In this document: piece by piece, positions 22,204 through 32,053 of the stretch | Layout: every line of letters begins with the position of its first letter | Numbering within the stretch: position 1 is the first letter of the stretch | Assembly: GCA_000320545.1 (NCBI GenBank) | Contig: ADNK01001943.1 | Coordinates: forward strand, 1-46,499 | Direction of reading: 5' to 3' | Length of the DNA stretch: 46,499 bases | DNA from: Bigelowiella natans CCMP2755 | Lineage: Eukaryota; Protista; Cercozoa | Program-made: the position numbers and the translations under genes | Notes under the pieces: model-generated | What the model saw: only the letters and a program-made list of their open reading frames with translations | Databases searched by the model: none | What the model was told of the DNA's origin: nothing

Positions 22204-25052
22204 CAACTATTTCAAATAAATACTGCAGGTGTGAATTCGCTATCCCTCTCTTTTTTTAATCAATTTTCGCATGGTGGATGTTTCTCAAAAACACGTAAAT
22301 TTATCGTATCGAAAGTTGATCGAAAACTCATGATAATGATGATTTAATGGTTCGGTATCATGATTGACCAGATCGGATTTGTCATATCTTTCGGCGTGCT
22401 CACGGAGGTGGTGTCTCCAGTTCCGAGGTAGCCATATCCATTTCCACCCCAACACTTGATGACGCATCCTACAATTTACCAATCATACATAGAGGAATTA
22501 CATCGCGCCTATCGTGTTTTCAACCAAAGGAAACAAATTTGAAAAAATAACAATTCTAGGGATTACACCAATGTATGTGTGGCGACAATTAATTGAAAAT
22601 GCTATCGGCTCATAAATAAAGATAAAAATATGAAAAGTAATAACCAACGGCCATGGTGATGCAGTTGTGCTGGAAGCCGCCGGAAAGACCACTAACAGGG
22701 TCACTGGCAGGGATGTTGATGTATCTGGACAATTAAAATGGAACATCAATTATGCTAGAAAACGAGGAGCGTTTTTAAAAAAGTATTGCGGCACACTGTC
22801 AACAAACAACTCCCTCGCCTTCGCGACACTGTAGCAAATCAATATCTGGTGTTGTGGAGCCTTACACAGGAGAATTCCTATTGGTATAGGTGCCATCCCC
22901 GACTACGCCATAAGTATTCTCGCCCCAGCACATAACCCTGATAGAGAATATATGATCAGTGAAATATTCATCAATTCTTTCATAAACATTTTGGCCTCCT
23001 CGAACAAACACCTACTGGTTACTGTAAATCTCCTATGGTAAAACTATTTATTATCTTGGTCTCTTCTTTTCCCCCTTGGAGTTAAATTACCTTTGCGTGG
23101 TAAGCAAAACGCAAGTAGTGGCCCTTGTGAGCGCAATTTTGGTAGCTGGTGCAGGAAGAGTCACCTTTCAGAGTATTACATAGGGAATTCTTCAGTAAAA
23201 TTAGTACGTACTTACGTATGATACGTATAATACTCAATTAATGTTCGGTATAAATGCCGTTGTGCCTAATGAATCTCTCGTTCACTTCCAGGGAAAGCAC
23301 GCATATGGAAAAAGTGAAAGAAATAGGAAAATGAAATGCGAGAAATCCCAGTAAAAAATGTAACAAGGAAAACTAATTGAGAGGTTAGGTACAAGTTGTG
23401 GAGTGGGCTCGGAGTTTTGAGTCCGTCCATTGCCAACTTGTCCCCATGTGTTTCTACCCTATGAATTAAACATATATCTGAGACGCAACGGAGATGAGGT
23501 GTGCCAAAAGTAAAGCACCCAGCATGAGACACTGCCGCCAGAGTGAATGGCACAGGTGTGGTAGGCACCGCCTTCAACATCTGTCACCTAATGGTACTTA
23601 GCATGAATATCATCCATAGCATCCTGGAAGGGGTGATTCTTGTATTCTAAAACGATGACAATGCTAGGGCGGGTTGTGGTTTTGATTCTATGAAACAGGT
23701 GGTGATAATTCAGATTAAGTTTGTTTGATTTTTAACAACGAAAGTAACGCAAACGATAAATCCAAATATAAAGGGAATATTGATTGTTAAAGCATTATAT
23801 GAAAGGTTTATACATTAGAGAGCGATATTGTATGGGGTTGCAGTTTTTGGGTAGTGGTGCCTAGATATTTTGTCACAGTCTCATGTTTAGCAACCAAGAA
23901 TTTAGAGCATCGACTAATAGCATACTACCATCTCCGATTTGTCCATAGGCGTTGTAACCCTATTCATCGAGTATGTAAGCCATCAGTTCTTGGCTAAGTA
24001 TGCTTTACATACAAGCGAGTTTTCCTTTTCCTTTCGAACTAGGACTTGAAATGAAATTCAATACACCGTGCCATATTACATCCAACCCCCCCTTCCCCAC
24101 CTCCCTTACGCCTACACACACGTATTGTTTCCTACCCAGCAGACAAGCGAAAAATCGTCAAGAACTGCGCAGGGAGTCCCAGCATAATATGTGCCAAAGC
24201 CATCTACAGCATTCCCACCAGACCCGCCGACACCAATATCTACTGCGTGTCGTCCTGCTGGAAGAAGTACGTGTGATGGTGCAGGGCATCCAGTAGAAGT
24301 TCCAGTCGTCAAATCCCCTGCAATAGTAATTAGAAAAAAAAAGCAAAGCTACTCAATGAAGCATACAATTTTTACAAGTGAGGACTGCTTACCACTTTCG
24401 CCGTTCCTACACTCTCCCCAACAGTGAACGGATCCAGCAGTTGTGAGGGCACAGCCAGTGAAAAATCCAATATTAATGTCCTGGACAGGACTCGTCAAAG
24501 TTGTGAGTGTCGCAAATTGTGCGGGGTTTCCATTAAAGCCATATACGGAATTGGCCAAAATCTTTAAATGGTTCGTTCCCGAGACTGAAACCTGCGAAAA
24601 AGAGGCCCACCACAATAGTAGAGTTGACTGCCGATTAGAAGATGGAGTAGCATGTGGAGTGCTCAGATTTTAGCGGTGTTAGCGCCGCACCGTATTATCC
24701 GTGTAAAGAACCCACGTGGCATAGGACGAATCACCGAAGATCGATGCCACAGATTTTCCAGCCAACAAATTCTGAGAGAAATACGTCACTTCATAACTCT
24801 GTTGGGTTTTAAATCACACTTGTTGAAATAAAAGTTTACCATGGGTTCCCCGGGTCCCGTGGAATGGGGGCTATTTGATGTAGTTCCGGTGCCAAATTGG
24901 CCATAAGCATTGTTTCCAAAGCATCGCACGTCGGAGGAGCCGTACTTGACACATGTGTGGATGCCTCCAGTAACCAGCTGATACTGCGCAGCTGCTTGAA
25001 GAGCACACAAAAGAAGAGAAAATACCGCCTCCATCCAAGTATACGAACCCAT
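18247..25052 (-). CDS. Type-I membrane surface protein: signal peptide, RCC1/BLIP-II repeats, PT linker, LamG/ConA-like domain, mucin-like Pro/Thr/Ser stalk, TM helix, cytoplasmic tail (more than 20 exons)
   Basis: RCC1 repeats: MEAVFSLLLCALQAAAQYQLVTGGIHTCVKYGSSDVRCFGNNAYGQFGTG, GGAYHTCAIHSGGSVSCW, VMCWGENTYGVVGDG, IKCWGGNGYGYLGTG. LamG-like C-terminus: GEIPEVIVYSRPLEDTEVTEVLQYFKVKY. PT repeats at 19059-20048. TM: LLLLIAAIAGVLGLLCCCL|ILFVCCRRRRKK. Last exon ends ...VNSDPII* at 18247. Confidence 0.85.
19277..19481 (-). repeat. Coding 36-bp tandem repeat (about 6 units, PSVSPTSAPSMT)
   Basis: Unit ggagtcatcgacggagcactggtgggaga(g/c)acagaa repeated head-to-tail without spacers. Confidence 0.9.
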
Positions 25053-25657
25053 CTATGTAATTCGTTGGTTGAATCAGAGCCGCTCCCACACCTTCGGTAA
25101 CTGTGTTGTCGATGAGCTCTGAGCTTCCCTGAATGAGACAACGTATTTCTGTTACATGTACTGAGACCGTAGATCTATTTCGGATTGACACGCGCAGTCT
25201 AAAAATAGATATGGATGTGTCTAAAGGGCCAAGATTCATGCTGTTATTCAGATGCGACAACTCCATTTAACTAATTAGCATAGAAACGTAGCAAACTTGT
25301 GGTACGACATCGAGTCTCTACGACATCGTGAGATGGAAGTTTTGGGATCTAGCGTGAGGCGTTACTTCATGTAGTTCGTTTCGAGAAATGTTTATGCGTC
25401 CCCGCCCTTGTGCACCGCCTAAATGTTTCCCCGGATATGAAAACCGGGAGTACTCAAGAGTACCCGCTTGTACCGGGCACTCACAAACGACCTCAAAAAT
25501 TCAAGTATCCATTCGAGCCCCTCATCCATCCCCTTGCCCATCTCGCTCCCCCTCGCCTCTCACCTCTCCTCTAGACCTCCACCAGCATTTTTAACAAATC
25601 ACATTTTAGTGCACGGAACGGAGCTTTCAATTCCTTATCCATTTCGCCTTTGTGACC

Positions 25658-25986
25658 ATGGCGAGTGATCAGGAGGACTCAGAAGAGGATGTTATGGCTC
25701 ATGTTATGGATGATGATTGGACGCGGGAGCACGGGGACAAATGGCAGGAATTCAAGGCCGGAAATAAATTATATTGCTCGAGAAAAGAGTTGATAGAGAA
25801 GGTTACTGACCTTGCAGTTGAAACTGGCTTTAGAGTATATCAAAATGGATCTCCAAAGGATCAACTTAGCGTTTTCACGTGCGTCAGTTTCGGAAAGAAA
25901 AAAAAGGACAACAGGGAAAGAAAAACAAATCAGAAAAGAAATCGAACATCGCTAAAGTGCGGATGTAAGTTCAAAATCAGAATTAA

Positions 25987-26020
<34 letters not shown>

Positions 26021-28452
26021 CAAACGGAGGCACGGGTTCGATTCCCGTATCAGATTTCCATGTCTGCATCCGATTAGCTTAGTGTCAGAGCTACGATTTT
26101 GGTGATGTTGTTGATCATGTGTGGTGTGATGGTGTGTTCCCCAGAAGTTGAGGAGGGTGTGCAGAAGGTGAACTCAAGCTTTCTCCAGCACACGGTGCGG
26201 TGCAACGCGGGCAGCGAGGCAAGAAAAAGGATTATAGACCAGAGGAGAGGCCAAAAAATATCGGACCCTATGTTGCAAAAGTTGGCAGACTTTCTTCAAT
26301 TTAATCTCAAATATCGGCAAATCCGTGCTTGGATCATTCGAAACGGGTATGACAAGGTGGTGGGAACATCAGCTGAGTAGATTCGCAACTTGATCATAAG
26401 GGTGAAAAAAGCTGTGGTGGATAAACGGATAAAGAGCGCAGATCCCAAAGATTTAATCTCTTTGCCTGACACGGAAACAGCCCGTGAGCAAGAATTCTGC
26501 GCGAACTAGCTCACATAGCATACAATAGCGATGGTGGGAAAGCGTTGATAGAAGCGCTGCACAGATACCAGAAACGAGGAGTTGTGAAGTACAGGTAATG
26601 GACACAAAGATGATGATCATTTGACTTGTGATACTGACAGTGTCGTCTGTCTCTTTCAGATTTTCAACGAACGATGACGGAACGATGATGCGAGTGACAT
26701 GGATGTTCAGCGACAATATACGAAGAGCTCGGAAGCTCGCTGACGTTATCATGTTTGACGGGGCGGCTGGGAGGGTCGCCTATGATCTCTCCATCTTCAT
26801 ACCATCTGTGATAAGTGAAGAGAAGATGATATTGCCGATCGCTTATTCCTTGGCAGTGGGTGACACCACAGAATCAATGCAAGAAATATTGAAGCAAATC
26901 CAATCGATTATGGGCATCGAGAAGGTCGTGGATGTTGCCGAAACCCACCTTCGTAATGGACGACAGAGTGAGTGGAGACAAGTTGGCAGAAATAACTGAG
27001 GATGCCAAGGTCCAGCGCTGTTTGTGGCACAAGAGGCAAAATATCAGTAAACGTCTCGCTGGCCGCCGTTACCGTACCGCTGCCGTCAGAGAGATAAAAA
27101 AAATCTTATATGCCTCATCTGAAGCTCAGTTTAAGCGCAAGTGGGATGCTTTCAAAGAGAACTTTCCTGCCGAGGTCAACATGGTCAAAGAATACGTGGA
27201 ACAACGGGACTCCGAGTTCGTCAAGTATCAACGCGACAAGAACATGAACCTAGGATTCTATGACAGCTCAGCAGCAGAATCGATGAACAACTCCATAGAC
27301 TCTTACAATCTGTTCACAGATGATGGCACGCTGTCGCTTGTGCAATATTTTTTTGCAATCATAAGACACAATCGCTCCATGCGAGCCAAGGAGCAAAGGG
27401 AGGCAGATGAAAACGCCACGAACATCCTCCAAAAGAAACTGAGGCTTGGCAAGAATGTGTTTTTGAAGGAAGCTGCCAGGCTAAACTCGAACTGGGCCGT
27501 CGAACGTTTGAAGACCCAGTTCAGTGTGATAGACAATTACCAGGTCGAATACCACGTCGACAAGAAGTTTGATGGCTACGTGGTGCGTCATCGCACAGAT
27601 CTTGGTGATGGGGAAAAACCGGTCGAGAGAACAGTAACCGTCTGCAACGTGGCCTTGGATGGATATGATCCCGGGTGGCAGTGCTCTTGTCACGAAGACA
27701 CTGCCTATCGTATCGTCTGCAGGCACATTCTAAAAGTGTTGGACCATGAAAACCAATTGAATTATTCCGACAAGATGCTCGCTGACAGGTGGAAGCGAAC
27801 ATTTGCCCTGCCTGTTGAGATGAATTATTCAGAATTGACGTCAGATGTCGAATCCAATGTCGAATCCAATGTCGATTCTAAAGATGACAGCGATTTCGAC
27901 ATCGACGTCGATGAGAATGAGGACCATGAGGACCATGATGGGGAGCTTTTGGTTGGGGATTTGGATGGTGGCGTTGCAGACGGCATCGACCCCAGAAAGA
28001 GATATCTCAATCTGAGAGCCAAGTTTGACAACATGTGCGCGCATGCGGCGAAAACGATGGCCCTGTACACCGTCGTTGATGCGTTGGCGGAATTAGTTCG
28101 TGACACTTTGTCTGGGATGGATTCCTCCGGTGCACAGTTGAAGTCGGCCTTGAGGTTGACTTCGAACACTTTGCTGTCCTTGGCAGCGGAGAGGAAAGAG
28201 AAAAAAAGGGAAGATGATGGAGACACGGTGCTTGGCTCTCTGTCGCAGCCAGCTCAGAACGTGTCCGTTCCACGGACGGTGCAACGATCTGGCCGCAAAC
28301 CAGGTCGCTACAAGAGCAGCATGTGCATCAATGTGAAGAAAAGGAACAGGCAGTGCAGTGCATGTGGGATTTCGGGTCACACTAAGCGTTCACGGGAATG
28401 TCCGAAACACTTTGAAAATGCCGTTGAAGCAGACAGTCTTGATGTTTTGTGA
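25658..28452 (+). pseudogene. MULE/FAR1-type transposase pseudogene (2 introns)
   Basis: FAR1-like DBD (FTC...RTSLKCGCKFKIRIK), DDE residues in VIMFDG / FVMDD / AAESMNNSI, CLWH motif, SWIM finger CSCHEDTAYRIVCRH, C-terminal knuckle CSACGISGHTKRSREC. In-frame TAG at 26378-26380 and frameshifts near ~26490 and ~26925. Confidence 0.9.
26015..26104 (+). other. tRNA-like sequence with the 3' half (T-arm/B-box) placed before the 5' half (D-arm/A-box), inside transposase intron 1
   Basis: ACGGG-TTCGATT-CCCGT-ATCAGAT (26032-26055), then a 12-nt spacer, then ATCCGAT-TAGCTTAGTGTCAGAGC (26068-26091). The anticodon stem pairs poorly. Confidence 0.4.
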
Positions 28453-29815
28453 GCATGTTCTCCGCAGATGTTGAAATTAGGTGATGCGCTGTTTGTTCTG
28501 TCAGTGGCTGCATGCATGGCGTGATCTGATGGACACTCAATGCTGTGCATGCACGTGTGCACGCACGTGCACGTGTGTGCCATGAGAGTGTGAATGTGAC
28601 GACCGGAATCAGATGCTTTTTGAATGCATGAAACACACAATGGAAGAGACAAATGGATGCAATGTGAGCGCTGCAGCCGCTGCACACGTGAGCGCTGCAG
28701 CCGCTGCGTCCATGGCTGCATTGGGATGACCATTGAAGAGTTCACATGCTCTGTCTAGCTGTGCACGTGAGACGGTGATTGAATCTTTTCAATGGTCATC
28801 CTGATGCAGCCATGCGTGAGACGGATGTGATGCAAGTGATTGAATCTTTTCAATGGTCATCCTGATGCAGCTGTGGATGCAGCGGCCACAGCTGAAGCGC
28901 TCACCATGGAACGTGCACTTGTTCATCAGAGCCCCATGTGCATGCATGATGCATTGAGACACAAGCAGACTTCTGCACACGATGCATGCATGTTCAGGCT
29001 CTGGGCGCACGGTCCTGTGAAAGCATCACAGATGTTCTCCTGTGAAAGCATCACAGATGTTCTCTTGGTGCATGTGTGGGCAAGTCGTGTGTGGTCGCAC
29101 TTGTGTGTGCCCAGAGCCCCACATGCGTGTGCAATGTGCACAGAGACTTCCACGTGCAATTGCACACATTTGGACTCTGAGCACTTCATTCAACAATGGA
29201 ATGATGGCAAACAATGAAAATTGAAGAGCTCATTGAAGCTTGGGCCCACTGCAGCTGTGCAAACGTCAACAAGTGCAAAACGAAAGAGCAGCGACTGGCA
29301 AGCGAGGACTCATGAGGATCAAGGAAAGGAGGGTGTTTGCATCCTCATGCTGATCATCCCACGAGGTGCTGTGCATGTTCGCCACATCGATCGTTTGCTG
29401 CATTGGGGAAGAATTGAAAGTGGAGAGGGACGACCTTGCTCCATCGATCAACAAGAAATTCAGTCAATGAGTAGCCTGGAGGAAGCTGCCATTTGGGTTC
29501 GGGTTTTGAGGTCGTTTGTGAGTGCCCGGTGCAAGCGGGCACTCTCGAGCACTCCCGGTTTTCACATCCGGGGAAACATTGGGCGGTGCACAAGGGCGGG
29601 GACGCATGACATTTCTCAGTTGGTTCCGGTGCATGCACATGCAAAGCATCGCGCGTCAGAGGAGCCGTGCGGAAGGGGAAAAAACATGAGTGATGAAGTG
29701 GGATGTCAGGATGTGCCGGTGAAAAAGTGACAACCTGCTAGCCTGTCGGGCAATTTCGGAGAATTCTTTTCGACCTCAAGCAGTGCAACAAGCCTCATCG
29801 AGAAAACATGTCATC

Positions 29816-30518
29816 AAGGGGGTGTCACTCCCCGGGTTTTGGTCCGTGTCATGCTCGGCGGTTTTGCCCCGGCGTCAGCCGGAAATTTTTTTTCATTTCA
29901 CCCAAAAAAATGCAATTTTTCATTCAAATTTCTCAGTGAAAAGTCGATGCTTGCACCGCAATTGCGGTGATCGATTCAGCATGAACAACAAAATGAAATG
30001 GAAATTCAAATTCCTCAATGTTTTCTTCAAAAACCATCCACAAATTGTCCAGTGAAATTGCCCAAACATCGGCGGAATTTCTAGCACTGTGTCATTAGGA
30101 CATGCCTGCCCTCTGAGCTTCCAAGAATTCTCGAGAATTCTGAAACTTGCACCGTCCCAACCAACTTCCCCTTCCTTTCCCGTCCACCTCCAACCCACCC
30201 TGATGGATGAATCTGACTGGGCAATTGACACAGGGAAACATGTTCGTGTGCATTGGAGGTATGATGGCCAGGTGAAATGTTGGACCTGTGTTGTGGGAAA
30301 GCAGAAAGGAGCATCATTCTCTGTGCGTGAGGTGGGAGGTAATTCTTTTCCTTGGGGCGGTGACAATGAAATCCTTTCGCCCAAACAAGACGAATGGAAA
30401 TTTGTGAGGCGGACTTGCATCGAAGATGCTGTGAAGGATGTGTGCAGTGCCTGCTCGGATGGTTCCAGAGGGCGTTGTTCATGTGAAGCCATGGAGCACG
30501 ACCCACAGGACATGGTGA

Positions 30519-30553
<35 letters not shown>

Positions 30554-30970
30554 TCTTGACAGCTGTCATTTGAACAAACGCATTCGAATCAGAAGGGAGT
30601 CGTTGCTGAAAACAACAGAAGAGTGAAGGACATGAGCTTGGACTGGGTCGCTCCTTGTGAATTAAATGAGAGTTGTTGCAACCAGAAGGCTAGCAGACCA
30701 CCTTCAGAATGGCAATTCCCCAGTTTGTTTGCGAAAGATTTGTGTGCAATTTGTGTTTTGGTTTTGCAATGGCAGGTGTCCGTGTTGTCAGAAGAAAAAC
30801 AGGAAGCTCAGATGCTTGCACGTCACGTCTCACAAGGCATCAACCAACAGAAAGAGACGATTGAATCCCCGGAGGACTACTGATGCAACTTTGAAATCAC
30901 ATTCACACGATCATGGTGGCACACATTCATCACACAACATCAAAATCGCTTTCCAATTGTCATCATCAAC

Positions 30971-31007
<37 letters not shown>

Positions 31008-32053
31008 ACACACACGTGCACACCCACTTGTGAATGTCACTGCTGATCTGAACAGTGGCACCCTGCTAGCCTGCCCCGAGGATGGCACATGCGCGTCCAG
31101 CTGAGGGGGCAAAGACGTTGCGAATGGATCAGTCACTGAGACGCCGCGCGTTGTGCGAAGTGCACCTTGCATGCAAGTGCATGCATTGCACGTGATCGCA
31201 ATGAGCAGTGAGTGAGTGATGAGCAATGCCAGAATGATCGAGTGACACACGCACAGCATGAACACACACCAAACACTCACACACGTGGTGCACGAACGCA
31301 CAGACACGCACACGTGTCTGAGCCAACTCGATTCCCAGCGCTCGCCTCTTCCTTTGCACGTCGCGACCGCACCGCTGCGCAGCGAGCCACAGCCCCGCTG
31401 CAGCGCAGCTCCCTCAGGGCCGACGCGCATTGACCGTCCACTTTGACGTGCAGCACTCATGCTTCCCATCATGCCATGGCATCACAGTGTGTTCCCGTGT
31501 GTTGGCATGACTCGCACGATGAAAACCACTCGCAAATTGACAGGTCAATGAGCATGCACGCATGATCCAATGTTCAAGTCGTTGATTTGTGTGAATTTTT
31601 GAAAAAGTGAAAAGTTTCGTCGTTTTTTTTGGTCAAATTCACTTGTTTCACAAACATCACATCACATCCAGCTTCATTGATTGCCGCATCAGGCCGCTAG
31701 GAGCCACACATCGAAAACTCACCAAAGTTGAAACCACCAAAAAAAAACACTTTTTTGGCGCGGGAACGTTCAATTTTGCGAATTTTGGAGTGGAACTTCT
31801 GGAGATGACGGAGTTGCTCTTGACACGGCCTCTGAGCATGTTTTTTTGAGACAACGCGCAATGGGGACCCTTTCCGCGGCACCCAAAGTTTTTGTCCTCG
31901 ATTTTTTTCCTTGAAAATCCACTTTTTTGCACCCCTTTTTGGACAATTCTGGACCTTCTCACACGTCCAGAAGTCTTCTGTGGTGCTTCGGAAGAAGTTT
32001 GGAGTGGATTCCGAGCACGATGCGGACCAAAATCCGGGGAGTGACACCCCCTT
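29816..32053. mobile_element. Non-autonomous or decayed TIR element (MULE-like by TSD length), fully within tract 2
   Basis: ~43-bp TIRs AAGGGGGTGTCACTCCCCGG(G/A)TTTTGGTCCG... at 29816-29858 and 32011-32053. Flanking 10-mers acatgtcatc / gcacgtcatc are a candidate TSD. Confidence 0.8.
30203..30514 (+). pseudogene. First exon of a cargo/accessory gene in the 29816-32053 element
   Basis: MDESDWAIDTGKHVRVHWRYDGQVKCWTCVVGKQKGASFSVREVGGNSFPWGGDNEILSPKQDEWKF..., ending at a GTGAG donor followed by a (TG)n intron. No transposase motifs seen. Confidence 0.4.

Larger units (their letters stand above)
25383..29617 (+). mobile_element. Mutator-like (MULE) DNA transposon, decayed
   Basis: ~115-bp TIRs starting GAGAAATG (25383-25498 and 29504-29617). 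Degenerate 10-bp TSD agttcgtttc / agttggttcc. Internal MULE transposase. Confidence 0.9.
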
